A stretch of DNA of 64,000 nt from an uncultured Methanosarcinales archaeon (GCA_964650285.1 CAZYSP010000002.1:9827-73826), one strand, 5' to 3'; positions 37,348-47,188 are shown, counted from the stretch's first letter. Notes: generated by a model not told the origin, from the letters alone. Program-made: numbers and translations.

Positions 37348-39117
37348 TTACCTTCTCCATATCAAAACAATATTTATTAAAATTGATAAAATAATCAAGA
37401 ACAATGGTATGAGATTTTTTGCTTTTTCTGTTGTTGATTCGTAAACAAGACCATAATTTCCCGTTAATATATTATTTGCAATTTGTTTTTCTGTTTCAGT
37501 ACCAATATTTTCTTTATTTTGTTTTGTATCTATTTTTTCGGTTTTGATATTTTCATTAATAACTATATCTTTGATTATTTCGTTATTTGTTTTCTGGTTG
37601 TTTTTATTGACTAAAACTTTAAATTTGTAATTTCCTGACTCTGCATTTTCCACAGTATTTTCTAATTCTACTATGTGCAATGAATTTGCCTTTAAAATAA
37701 ACTCTTTCATGTTTTCTTCCCTGTCTCCGGAATAAGATTTTGGGCCGCGGTAAACATAACTCCATACTTTTATGTTGATGTCCTGATCGTTGTTGTTATC
37801 AAATACTACTTTTGTTGTAAATTCCTTGCCTACTTCTATGTTTTTATTAAAATCTTTTAATTCGAAACTGAATTTTTTTGAAGAAATGGATGTTTCTTTG
37901 ATTATTTTAACATCACACATTGAATCTGTTAAATCCTCGATTTCTAGTTCTTCCTCATCTTCTGAATCCAAACCCAGAGTTTTTATTATATGACTGCCAT
38001 CTTTGAATTTTTCATCACAATTTGGCTTTATTTGTACAGGTAATGTCAAGGAATAATTTGTGTATTTCAAATCCAGATTTGTTTTTGAATGCTTGCTTAG
38101 TCTTTCTTCTTTCTTGTTTTCTATCCAAATTGCAATGCTGTTTTTGTTTGTGTTCCCTTTGTAGGCATTTAATTTGATCCTTATTGTCTGGCCGAATTTG
38201 GCTTTCTTATCACTTCCTAAGTCATAAATCCTGACTATGTCTATAGAAGAAAACTCCTGCAATGGCTTTCCTTTTATTGTTATAATTCTTGTATCAAAAT
38301 TATTCTGTATATTAGTGTCATTGCACTGCACAGTTATGTTAGAATATATTATGTAAGATTTTCCTTCCTCAAGGTTTGGTGTATATTCTGTTGATGTTCT
38401 TTGCTTTGTTATTGATTCATTGGTAAAAGGTTTGTATTCTTTTATTAGCTTTCCATTAAGGTCTTCTATTTTAGCCCTCATTGTAAGATTAGTTTTTGAG
38501 CCAGATACTTTTGATGCTCTTACCTTAAATGAAAATTCAGAAGAATTATCGAACATTGTTTTTGCAAGAATAAGCTCAACTGCATAATCGCAACCTTGTT
38601 CTGCTATAATGCTGCCATCATTAGGAAAACCAGGTGTTGGGTTTGAATTATGTAGACTTCCATTTAAATATGCCCAACTCAAGTCCTCAGTAGTTGCATT
38701 ATAGGTTTTTTTATCTATTAAGTTGTTATTTTTGTTATAAAGATGTATTGTTTCTCCATTATTGCTTAAGCCGTATCCACCAATTGAGGAATCATCAACA
38801 TATAGCCTTACTGCGTCAGAACTTATATTAAAGTTATTATAAACTCTAGTTGCTTTATCTGTTATTATAGCATAACCAAAAGCTTCTATTATAGTTCCTT
38901 CTTTATCATATAAACCTCCTTCTATTGTATCATTATCGTTATCATCCCCGATAACCCAATTGCTGACATTGATGCTTACACTTTCATTATTGTAGAGCTC
39001 TATCCATTCATTTAATGTTTCATCGGCAATAGGATCTGCCATTATTTCATTGATCATTACGCCATTAGAAATCTGTATTAAAAATATAAAAAATAATAAA
39101 TAAACTAAGAGTTTCAT
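37348..39117 (-). CDS. secreted lamin-tail-domain (LTD) protein with C-terminal TM anchor
   Basis: signal peptide, INEIMADP...NEWIELYN LTD signature, C-terminal hydrophobic helix plus RR. Confidence 0.55.
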   Translation of the reverse strand: MKLLVYLLFFIFLIQISNGVMINEIMADPIADETLNEWIELYNNESVSINVSNWVIGDDNDNDTIEGGLYDKEGTIIEAFGYAIITDKATRVYNNFNISSDAVRLYVDDSSIGGYGLSNNGETIHLYNKNNNLIDKKTYNATTEDLSWAYLNGSLHNSNPTPGFPNDGSIIAEQGCDYAVELILAKTMFDNSSEFSFKVRASKVSGSKTNLTMRAKIEDLNGKLIKEYKPFTNESITKQRTSTEYTPNLEEGKSYIIYSNITVQCNDTNIQNNFDTRIITIKGKPLQEFSSIDIVRIYDLGSDKKAKFGQTIRIKLNAYKGNTNKNSIAIWIENKKEERLSKHSKTNLDLKYTNYSLTLPVQIKPNCDEKFKDGSHIIKTLGLDSEDEEELEIEDLTDSMCDVKIIKETSISSKKFSFELKDFNKNIEVGKEFTTKVVFDNNNDQDINIKVWSYVYRGPKSYSGDREENMKEFILKANSLHIVELENTVENAESGNYKFKVLVNKNNQKTNNEIIKDIVINENIKTEKIDTKQNKENIGTETEKQIANNILTGNYGLVYESTTEKAKNLIPLFLIILSILINIVLIWRR

Positions 39118-39226
39118 TTTTAAATATATTTTAAGATTGGTATATAAATATTTGTCACTTTACTATTTTAAAATGATAATAAAAGTTTAATAAAGACGTG
39201 TTTTTATGTAATAATGTGGTGGTTTT

Positions 39227-39958
39227 GTGGGTTTTTTAAAGTTCTTAAAAAGGGATAAGAGCAAGGAACCAGAGTTAGATTTGGAAAATCTGAATAATTT
39301 GGATATTCCTCCTGCTCCTCCTGAGGCTGGAAAGAAGGATTTTGGGATTGCAGAAGAAGAATTGCCAGAGCTTCCGGAATTTCCAGAGATGCCTGAAGCT
39401 GAAGAGCCTTTTTCTAAAGCAGAGGAAAAATTAATTCGCGAAGATGTTCCTAGTGAAAAACCTAGTCCTGAGCTAAAATCTCCTCCTATGCCTGAGTTTC
39501 CAAAATTAGAAGAAGCTGTAGAGCCAAAATTTCCGCAACCTCGTAAACCTTTGTTTGGTGTACAAAAACCAGAACCAATTTTCGAGTCGGAGAAGCCAGA
39601 GCCACGTGTTAGTATTGGAAAACCAGATATAGAAAAACCTGAAGTTGAAGTGCCAAAACCGAGGCAACCAGAAATAAAGCCTTATGAAAGGCTGGAAAGG
39701 GCTGCTGTCAAAGAAGAGCGGGCTGTGTTAAAGCACAAGGAAGCAAAAGAGCCTATTTTTGTAAGAGTTGACAGGTTCAGGGATATTTTAACTGGAACTG
39801 GCACAATAAAGAATAATTTGAAAACAGCATCTCAATCTATTGTAAAATTGAATGGAATCTGCGCAGACAGAGATAAAGTACTTGAAAAGTGGAGTAATGT
39901 TATGATGGACCTGCAAAAAAAACTTATTTTTATTGACAAAACATTATTTAAGAAGTAG
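39227..39958 (+). CDS. Pro/Glu-rich protein with C-terminal conserved domain (paralog 1 of 3)
   Basis: PEx repeats then PIFVRVDRFRDIL...IDKTLFKK. Confidence 0.4.
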   Translation: MGFLKFLKRDKSKEPELDLENLNNLDIPPAPPEAGKKDFGIAEEELPELPEFPEMPEAEEPFSKAEEKLIREDVPSEKPSPELKSPPMPEFPKLEEAVEPKFPQPRKPLFGVQKPEPIFESEKPEPRVSIGKPDIEKPEVEVPKPRQPEIKPYERLERAAVKEERAVLKHKEAKEPIFVRVDRFRDILTGTGTIKNNLKTASQSIVKLNGICADRDKVLEKWSNVMMDLQKKLIFIDKTLFKK

Positions 39959-40053
39959 CGAGAAATTAAAAATGCTCAAAAATCAAAGATTTTTGGCACC
40001 ACGTAAAGTGGTTTCTCATACCTCAAATTTTAAAAAATTTAAGGTGATATACA

Positions 40054-40293
40054 ATGAAAGGAACAGGAGAAGCTCCGGTTTTTGTTAAAATAGCGGATTA
40101 TAAGGATATAATAGATGTGCTAGAGCTTATTAAAGACAGATTGGCAGAAGCAAAAAGGACTTTGGCAGATATCAGTGAACTGAAAAATGATGAAGATGCT
40201 GAGCTTGAATTATGGGGCTCAACATTAAATGAAATAGAAAAAAAGGTAGAAGATATTGACAGGACTTTATTTGAGCCTGAAAGCACTTATTAA
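40054..40293 (+). CDS. small protein, paralog 2 of 3 (PVFVKIADYKDII...IDRTLFEPE)
   Basis: shares domain with the C-terminus of the 39227 protein. Confidence 0.4.
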   Translation: MKGTGEAPVFVKIADYKDIIDVLELIKDRLAEAKRTLADISELKNDEDAELELWGSTLNEIEKKVEDIDRTLFEPESTY

Positions 40294-40678
40294 GATGGAA
40301 AAAGAAAGCAGGGACATTTTTTTTGTAGAGGTCAAAGAACCAGAAGAAGTTAGAAGAAATATTCTGGAGTCCCTTAAAGACATAGTTGAAAGCCTGCAGA
40401 GGTTTGAAAAATTTAAGGAAACGAGAAAAGATAAGATAGAGCACATAAATAAGTTAGGAAAAATTGTGAAAGATACCAATAAGCTTGTTTCAGATCTAAA
40501 AACGTCTTTGCCTGAAACAAAAATCAGGACTGTAAGGACAATAAGCAAGACTGCTGAAAGGAAAAAGACAGTTGTCAGGAAGAAGAAAGAAGGGGTAGAG
40601 AAAAAACCTGCTACAGAGCTGCAGAAACTTGAATCTGAGCTGAATGAAATAGAGAGTAAATTAGAGAGTTTGAGATGA
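40256..40678 (+). CDS. small coiled-coil protein, paralog 3 of 3 (DIFFVEVKEPEEV...)
   Basis: same N-terminal F(V/F)xVxxxxE(V/I) block followed by coiled-coil. Confidence 0.4.
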   Translation: MTGLYLSLKALIKMEKESRDIFFVEVKEPEEVRRNILESLKDIVESLQRFEKFKETRKDKIEHINKLGKIVKDTNKLVSDLKTSLPETKIRTVRTISKTAERKKTVVRKKKEGVEKKPATELQKLESELNEIESKLESLR

Positions 40679-40732
40679 GGATATAATTCTTAGTAATGTT
40701 TTTAAATTGTATATTAGTTCTTCTATTATCCT

Positions 40733-40890
40733 GCGGGGATGCCGGAGTGGCCAATCTCTGAAAAGAGGGCTAGACGGGATAGACTCAAGGCATTTGAGTG
40801 TCGAGTGTTGCTTTGCAATGCGATGAAAGAATCATTTGTAAGTCATCTATTGGCTTAGTGCCTACGCAGGTTCGAACCCTGCTCCCCGCA
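40733..40890 (+). tRNA. tRNA-Leu(CAA) with two introns (about 20 nt in the D-loop, about 55 nt at canonical 37/38)
   Basis: Acceptor GCGGGGA/UCCCCGC, T-arm GCAGG-UUCGAAC-CCUGC, anticodon stem AUAGA/UCUAU with loop CUCAAG (anticodon CAA), long variable arm UGGCUUAGUGCCUAC, D-stem CCG/CGG; 158 nt in total, so about 75 nt of intron. Confidence 0.7.
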
Positions 40891-40936
40891 TTTCTTATTA
40901 ACAAGATTTTTAAACATCGTGTTTTCTTATTAGGTA

Positions 40937-42265
40937 ATGATTGATATCTATGCAGTTGGAGGCTATAATGATGTAGGTAAGAACTGCACAGCGATAGATG
41001 TTGATGGAGAGGTTATTATAATAGATCTGGGCATTCATCTGGATAACTACATAAAGCTGACACAAGATGAAGATATTGTGAAGATAAGTGCAGAGAAGTT
41101 AATGAAGGTTGGAGCTGTTCCTGATATTTCTGTTTTGGACAAGGTAAAAAATAATGTCAAAGTTATTGTGGTGGGCCACGCTCATCTGGATCATATAGGG
41201 GCAATCCCTTATATTGCGGATAAATTTAATGCTCCTGTTATATGTGCACCTTACACTGCCGAGGTAATAAAAAGCATTTTGAAAGATGACAGAATTAAAC
41301 TTAAAAATGAAATAAAAACAGTAAACCTGAATTCTTTTTATAAGGTAAGCGATAATCTGAAAATTGAGTTGATATATATTACTCATTCTGTTCCGCAGGC
41401 TACTTTAGTTGCGATACATACAAAATATGGCGTAATTATTTATGCGAATGATTTCAAATTGGATTTACACCCTACTTTGGGAAAAGCACCTGATTTCAAA
41501 AGGCTGGAAGAACTTGGTAAAAAAGGAGTTGTTGCCTTGGTAGTTGAGTCAACTTATGCAAATGATGCAAAAAAGATGCCTTCAGAAAAGGTTGCAAAGG
41601 AGATGCTTAGAGATGTTTTATTGGGTACAAACAACAAAGACAATTTGATTATAGTTACTACTTTCTCCTCCCACATTGCGAGACTCAAATCAATTATAGA
41701 GTTTGGCAAGAAATTGAACAGGAAGATTGTTTTATTAGGGAGGTCTTTAGCAAAGTATGTGGGGGCTGCAGAGAATATAGGGATAGTAAATTTTTCCAAA
41801 GATGTTAAAATTGTAAAATACAGCAGACAAATAAAAAGAATGCTGAAAAAGGTTGACAAGGACAGAAAAAAATATTTGCTGGTTGTTACAGGACATCAAG
41901 GAGAGTCAAAATCTGTTTTATATAAGATTGCTAAAGGCGAATTTGAATTTGATTTGCACCCGGAAGATAATGTAGTGTTTTCCTGCAGAACTATACCAAC
42001 ACCAACAAACATAGCAAACAGGGAAGCTTTGGAAAATGAGTTAAAGCAAACAGGGGTAAGAATCTTCAAAGATATACACCAATCAGGCCATGCTGCAAGA
42101 GAGGATTTAAGGGATGTAATAAACTGGTTAAAACCAGAGAATATTATTCCTTCCCATGGAAATAAAGAGATGAAAGATACTTTAGCTGAATTGGGAGTTG
42201 AGATGGGGTACAAGATAGGTAAGAATATATTTTTAGTAAAGGACGGACAAAAAATTAGCATTTAA
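40937..42265 (+). CDS. beta-CASP metallo-beta-lactamase ribonuclease (archaeal RNase J-like)
   Basis: VGHAHLDHIGAIPYI (HxHxDH), about 440 aa, beta-CASP region. Confidence 0.8.
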   Translation: MIDIYAVGGYNDVGKNCTAIDVDGEVIIIDLGIHLDNYIKLTQDEDIVKISAEKLMKVGAVPDISVLDKVKNNVKVIVVGHAHLDHIGAIPYIADKFNAPVICAPYTAEVIKSILKDDRIKLKNEIKTVNLNSFYKVSDNLKIELIYITHSVPQATLVAIHTKYGVIIYANDFKLDLHPTLGKAPDFKRLEELGKKGVVALVVESTYANDAKKMPSEKVAKEMLRDVLLGTNNKDNLIIVTTFSSHIARLKSIIEFGKKLNRKIVLLGRSLAKYVGAAENIGIVNFSKDVKIVKYSRQIKRMLKKVDKDRKKYLLVVTGHQGESKSVLYKIAKGEFEFDLHPEDNVVFSCRTIPTPTNIANREALENELKQTGVRIFKDIHQSGHAAREDLRDVINWLKPENIIPSHGNKEMKDTLAELGVEMGYKIGKNIFLVKDGQKISI

Positions 42266-42324
42266 AAACGCAAAAATATATAAATCAAGAGTCATTTTCT
42301 AAATGCTATTGGGGGTTAAATAAT

Positions 42325-43071
42325 ATGAGACTTACTCTTGCAGAGCCCAGGTACCTAAAGGAAAGCATATCAATAATTTCTGATCTAGTTAATGAGGCAA
42401 GATTTAAAGTAAATAAGGAAGCTATTGAGCTTGTAGCTATGGATCCTGCGAATGTTGCCATGGTTATTTTTAAATTGCTAGCGAGCTCTTTTACAGAGTA
42501 TGATGTAAAGAAAGATGTTGAAATTGCGATTAATTTAAGCAGTCTGAAGCAGATAATGAGGAGGGCAAAACCAGATGACATGCTCACTCTTGAGCTTGAT
42601 CCTGAAAATAAGTTAAGGATACAATTAAAAGGAAACAATTTGAGAACATTTAATCTGCCGATAATAGAGTTTGATGAAAAAGAGCAAAAAATACCTAATT
42701 TAAAATTTCCTGTTTCTATAAATCTTCCTTCAGGGATACTGAATGATGCTATTGAGGATGTTGATGTGGTTGCAGAGTCTGTCACTTTTATAGCAGAGCC
42801 CAAAAAGTTTATGATAAGTGCAGAAGGAGACTTGAGCCAAGCAAAAATTGAGGTTAAGGAAGACAGCAATACGAAAATAAAAGTAGATGGAAATGAAAAA
42901 ATAAATGCAAAGTACAGCATTGAATATCTTAAAAAGATGATAGCTGGTAGCAAGATTGCTGATGATGTTTCTATTTATTTTAATAAAGATTATCCATTAA
43001 AGCTTGAGTACAAGACAGTTGATAAGGTAATGTTGAGTTTTATTCTTGCTCCAAGAGTTGAGAACGATTAA
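42325..43071 (+). CDS. pcn: DNA polymerase sliding clamp PCNA
   Basis: 248 aa, N-terminal MRLTLAEPRYLKESISIISDLVNEARFKV typical of PCNA; two-domain repeat. Confidence 0.85.
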   Translation: MRLTLAEPRYLKESISIISDLVNEARFKVNKEAIELVAMDPANVAMVIFKLLASSFTEYDVKKDVEIAINLSSLKQIMRRAKPDDMLTLELDPENKLRIQLKGNNLRTFNLPIIEFDEKEQKIPNLKFPVSINLPSGILNDAIEDVDVVAESVTFIAEPKKFMISAEGDLSQAKIEVKEDSNTKIKVDGNEKINAKYSIEYLKKMIAGSKIADDVSIYFNKDYPLKLEYKTVDKVMLSFILAPRVEND

Positions 43072-43091
43072 CTTACTCGTAAGAGCTAAAG

Positions 43092-43700
43092 TTAAATTGC
43101 CAAGAAGAGAATCTGACCTATGAAGCCACTTACTATTGGGACTATTAAATTGTCATCTAATTCATCCACTATGGTTTCTGTGATTGTCGCTGCAAATGCC
43201 ATAATTATTAGGATATAAATATTGATTGAGAACAACAAGCTTATTGCTACTGCCACTATCAAATTTGTTATTAGTTCTGTTACAAATCCTACAACTGTCT
43301 TATTGCGGAAGAGTATTGTTGTTCCGTGCTTTTTTCCTACAACAGCAGCCAACATATCGCCAAAAGTTGTCATCAATAAAGCTGCAAGCGCAATAGGAGT
43401 GTCAAAAGCTGCAAGAGCTATTATTGTTGATGAAAGAAAAAATATAACACCATAGGCCCTGTATTCTTCTTTGGGTCTTATAAACTTATGAAAAAATGGG
43501 ACCTTGAAATTAAGATCTAATCTAAAGTACTCTAAAATTAGGAATATTATCAGTAATGCGACCAGGAAAAGAAGTGCTGCTTGCTGTCCTGCCTGGTTTT
43601 TTATTGCAAAGTATATTATAAGAACTATTAAGATTGTTATATGTATTATTTTTTTGCTTATTTCATGAAGAAATTCCCAGACCATAGCTCTTATAAACAA
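43092..43700 (-). CDS. CDP-archaeol synthase-like / CTP-transferase family membrane protein
   Basis: TTFGDMLAAVVGKKHG resembles the CarS/CdsA cytidylyltransferase motif; about 5 TM helices. Confidence 0.45.
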   Translation of the reverse strand: MFIRAMVWEFLHEISKKIIHITILIVLIIYFAIKNQAGQQAALLFLVALLIIFLILEYFRLDLNFKVPFFHKFIRPKEEYRAYGVIFFLSSTIIALAAFDTPIALAALLMTTFGDMLAAVVGKKHGTTILFRNKTVVGFVTELITNLIVAVAISLLFSINIYILIIMAFAATITETIVDELDDNLIVPIVSGFIGQILFLAI

Positions 43701-43770
43701 AGCATAGTTTATATAGTTTTCTTAAGTTAAAAACAAAATATATTTAAACCCCGAATAAAATTAGGATGTT

Positions 43771-43986
43771 ATGCCTAAAGAAGGACTTTTTGAAAATTTG
43801 GTTGTGACAGTAATAGCATCACTGCTTCTCGTTGCCTTAGGGGTAATCTATTTTATAGCGGCATTGTTGATTATAAGGTTCAGCTCTGGTTTGATGGGTT
43901 ACTCTCCAGACGCGAACTGGGTTGTTTTATCTTCGGCTGTTATTGTAGTTGGTATTATGGTTGGTTCTGCAATTAAGAATGCTTAG
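43771..43986 (+). CDS. small two-TM membrane protein
   Basis: ORF only. Confidence 0.3.
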   Translation: MPKEGLFENLVVTVIASLLLVALGVIYFIAALLIIRFSSGLMGYSPDANWVVLSSAVIVVGIMVGSAIKNA

Positions 43987-43988
43987 AA

Positions 43989-44099
43989 TACGGCAGCCGG
44001 GACTCACAAATCCTGAAGGATTTCTGGTCTCCCTCTGGGATATTTGAACCCGGGTTAGAGGCTTGGGAAGCCCCTGTCTTACCACTGGACCACTGCCGT
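43989..44099 (-). tRNA. tRNA-Gly(CCC) with a 40-nt intron in the T-loop/T-stem junction (about position 59/60)
   Basis: Minus strand: acceptor ACGGCAG/CUGCCGU, D-arm GUCC-AGUGGUA-AGAC, anticodon stem GGGGC/GCCUC with loop UUCCCAA, T-stem CCGGG...CCCGG with UUCAAAU loop split by a 40-nt insert containing a perfect hairpin AAAUCCU-UCA-AGGAUUU. Confidence 0.65.
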
Positions 44100-44155
44100 A
44101 TATTATGTATTATGAAAACACAAAGTATTAATAATAATTATGCAAATTTTAGGTT

Positions 44156-45178
44156 ATGGTTGTTATAAGTCAGAATCCTGTTGATAATGTTATAATTGGG
44201 GTAATAGCTATTGTTTTTCTTGTGTTTGTTGCAGACAAGGTAATTGGGAAATTAATAAAGCTAGGTAAAAAATTTGGTATTTCCCAAATTTTTATAGGAC
44301 TGACTGTAATAGCCGTAGGTACTAGTTTACCAGAGATAACAACAGGTGTTGTTGCCAGCTTGGATATAGTAAGTGGGAATATAGACTCTTTCATAGCATC
44401 TGGTACTGTTTTAGGGACAAATATAGGCTCGGATATTGTACAGCAAAGCCTGATTATAGGCATTGTAGGACTTTTAGCAGTTACACACTTAGGAGCTATA
44501 CATGTAAGGAGGGATTTTCTAAAAACAGATGGACTTGTAATGATTATGGCAGCAATTTTGCTTCTGTTATTTGCGCTTGATAAAGAGATAAGCAGGGCAG
44601 AAGGAGCAGTATTATTTTTTGGCTACATTTTTTTCCTGTGGTTTTTGTGGATGAAAGAGGATGAAAGGATACATAACCACAAGAAAGTTGAGCTGAATTG
44701 GAATGATAAAAAAAATATTTTTATTGATTTATTTTACATTCTTGCAGGACTTGTTATTATAATTTTTAGTGCAGAATATATTTTGAGGATTACAGAGTTT
44801 TTTGTAATAAGGTATGAAATTGGAAGCTCTTTAATAGGAATTTTGGCTATAGGCATTGCAACCGCACTTCCAGAATTAACAGCTTCTATTACAGCTATCT
44901 TAAAAGGCGCTTCATCAATCTCATTAGGGACTTTGATAGGGAGCAACATAACTAACCCTATGTTTGCTTTAGGACTGGGAGCAATGATTTCCTCTTATCA
45001 GGTTCCAAGACCTGTAATAGTATATGACATTCCAGTTAAGATAGTAAGCGGGCTTATTTTAATGTGGTTTTTATGGACAAACAAAATATTTACAAAAAAA
45101 GAGGCAATGACTATGATAACTATTTATCTTGTTTATGTGTTGGTAAGACTAAGGTATTTTCCTGTGGATATCATATAA
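44156..45178 (+). CDS. Ca2+/Na+ antiporter (CaCA/YRBG family)
   Basis: two alpha-repeat signatures GTSLPEITTGV and ATALPELTASI. Confidence 0.8.
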   Translation: MVVISQNPVDNVIIGVIAIVFLVFVADKVIGKLIKLGKKFGISQIFIGLTVIAVGTSLPEITTGVVASLDIVSGNIDSFIASGTVLGTNIGSDIVQQSLIIGIVGLLAVTHLGAIHVRRDFLKTDGLVMIMAAILLLLFALDKEISRAEGAVLFFGYIFFLWFLWMKEDERIHNHKKVELNWNDKKNIFIDLFYILAGLVIIIFSAEYILRITEFFVIRYEIGSSLIGILAIGIATALPELTASITAILKGASSISLGTLIGSNITNPMFALGLGAMISSYQVPRPVIVYDIPVKIVSGLILMWFLWTNKIFTKKEAMTMITIYLVYVLVRLRYFPVDII

Positions 45179-45294
45179 ATCCGATAACTAGAGACTATCG
45201 TTAAGAGTTTTTAATAAGTCTAAAAGGTTAATCGGATTTCTAGGATGCCAAAAATGCAAAGCATTTTTGTGCATATAAAAAAAGAATTAAAAAA

Positions 45295-45567
45295 TTATTC
45301 CTCCTTCTGCTGCTCTTCTTCTTCAGAATATGAAGGAATAGCAGCCCGGCTTATTATCATTATATCGCCAATGGATTTTACAAGCTGGTGGGGCACTATT
45401 ACGCCTTTTGCAGAACCAAGAACCTTATTAAGAAATGAGCTTTTTGTTGCTTTTACGCGCCACCCAAACACCTTGTTTTGGGTTATTATAGATTCTTCAA
45501 CATCTCCAAAATATTCTCCTGTATCAGTAAATACCCTCATGTCAAAAGCTTCAGTTATTTTTTTCAT
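45295..45567 (-). CDS. PRC-barrel domain protein with acidic tail
   Basis: about 90 aa, AFDMRVFTDTGEYFGDVEESIIT...GVIVPHQLVKSIGD pattern of PRC barrels; start set at an internal Met. Confidence 0.45.
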   Translation of the reverse strand: MKKITEAFDMRVFTDTGEYFGDVEESIITQNKVFGWRVKATKSSFLNKVLGSAKGVIVPHQLVKSIGDIMIISRAAIPSYSEEEEQQKEE

Positions 45568-45674
45568 CTTAAGCATTAAGCACCACCTTTGTTGGTACTG
45601 ATTTAATAGTAGCAAGTATTTAAAATCTTCGTTTTTTAGGAAGTTTTTTAAAAATACAGCTTATCTTAGAAAGT

Positions 45675-46364
45675 ATGAATTACAGGAACCTTAGAATAAT
45701 AGGAACTTCGCATATAGCGAAACAAAGCTTAGATGATGTAGAGAAAGAAATAGAAGGGAGAAAACTAGATATAATTGCCCTGGAGCTTGACAGGAAAAGG
45801 CTATATGGCCTTTTTAGGAAATCTGGTAAGATAAGGATTTATGATATAAAAAGAGTGGGCATTAAGGGTTTTATTTTTTCCTTGATAGGCGCATGGGCTG
45901 AAAAAAAGCTTGGAAATCTGGTAGGAGTATCTCCTGGCTCTGAGATGAAAAAAGCTGTCAGACTGGCAAGAAAGCATAACATAAAAATAGCGTTAATTGA
46001 CCAGGATATAGAGATTACATTGAGAAATTTCTCAAAAAGTCTAACTTGGAAAGAAAAGTGGAATTTTATTGTTGATATAGTAAAGGCTGTTTTTACCAAG
46101 AAAAAGGTTATAGAATTTGATTTAACAAAAGTTCCAAGCAAAAAGGTCATTAAAAAACTGGTTGGGCAGGTTAAAAAAAGATATCCTAATATTTATAAGG
46201 TTCTTATAGAAGAGAGGAATAATGTTATGGCTGATAATTTGAGAAAGATTATGGAAACACATCAAGACAAAAAAATACTTGCTATTATTGGAGCTGGTCA
46301 TGAAGATGATATTTTGGAGCTAATAAAAAGGCCTAGTATTAGTTATTCTTTTAAAATAGGGTAG
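45675..46364 (+). CDS. TraB/PrgY-family protein
   Basis: IIGTSHIAKQSLDDV...LDIIALELDRKR and a later GAGHE resemble the TraB family (GTAHVS...VELC..R..., G.GH). Confidence 0.5.
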   Translation: MNYRNLRIIGTSHIAKQSLDDVEKEIEGRKLDIIALELDRKRLYGLFRKSGKIRIYDIKRVGIKGFIFSLIGAWAEKKLGNLVGVSPGSEMKKAVRLARKHNIKIALIDQDIEITLRNFSKSLTWKEKWNFIVDIVKAVFTKKKVIEFDLTKVPSKKVIKKLVGQVKKRYPNIYKVLIEERNNVMADNLRKIMETHQDKKILAIIGAGHEDDILELIKRPSISYSFKIG

Positions 46365-46428
46365 GTTGTTGATTTGTTATTCTTTTAAAACAACACATTT
46401 AAATATAATATTTATAAAAGTAAAGTCC

Positions 46429-47187
46429 ATGGGAGAAATAGTTGATTTATTGAATAAGATAAAGAGGTATTTCAAGTTTACTCCATTAGAGATAAGAAGC
46501 CTTATTATAGCAATTGTGGTTATAGCTTTTATAATTTCTTTTTCAGAGTGGGGTTATGGAGATGTTTTTAGTTTTAGAACAGGGTTGTTTAATTGGTTCA
46601 ATGCTATTTTGATTGTTGCTTTGTCTTTTCTGGTGCATCTGTCTATCCAAAGAATATGGTCTTTAGGTACTGGATATAAATTGGAATGGAAAATGTGGAG
46701 TTTTGGGTTGTTGTTTGGCTTAATAATGGCCTTTTTGACTAATGGAAAAATCTGGCTCATACTTCCAGGAGGATTTATTGTACACCATATGGCAGGGCAT
46801 AGGCTTGGGTGGTTTAGGTATGGAATCAATTATTGGGCTGTTGGATTGATAGCAGCAACAGGACCTGTTGCAAGCATAGCCCTTGCTGCAATATTCAAGG
46901 CTTTAAGCGGTTTAGTGGTCAGTTCTTTGATACAAAAAGTGATTGTTTTTAACATTGCTTATGCTCTTTATAGTTTACTTCCTATACCGCCGTTAGATGG
47001 CAGCAGGACTTTTTACGGAAGCAGGATGCTTTATGCTTTTTCAACAGCTGCTATTGTAGCAGCCGCAATATTATTAAACTTAAACATAAGTGTATGGGTT
47101 GCAGCAGTATCATCGTTTTTCATTGGAGTTGTTTTATGGATATTGTATTACATATTTTTTGAGCACAAGGCTTGGAGTGGGGAGTAG
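46429..47187 (+). CDS. site-2-protease (M50)-like polytopic membrane protein, catalytic HExxH apparently degenerate
   Basis: C-terminal LLPIPPLDGSR (M50 LDG motif); the expected HExxH position reads HLSIQ. Confidence 0.45.
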   Translation: MGEIVDLLNKIKRYFKFTPLEIRSLIIAIVVIAFIISFSEWGYGDVFSFRTGLFNWFNAILIVALSFLVHLSIQRIWSLGTGYKLEWKMWSFGLLFGLIMAFLTNGKIWLILPGGFIVHHMAGHRLGWFRYGINYWAVGLIAATGPVASIALAAIFKALSGLVVSSLIQKVIVFNIAYALYSLLPIPPLDGSRTFYGSRMLYAFSTAAIVAAAILLNLNISVWVAAVSSFFIGVVLWILYYIFFEHKAWSGE

Positions 47188-47188
47188 A

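Noticed and set aside
45245-45601. Plus-strand 118-aa ORF overlapping the PRC-barrel gene
   Set aside because: The opposite-strand ORF has the more protein-like PRC-barrel pattern. The plus-strand product is Ser/Phe-rich.
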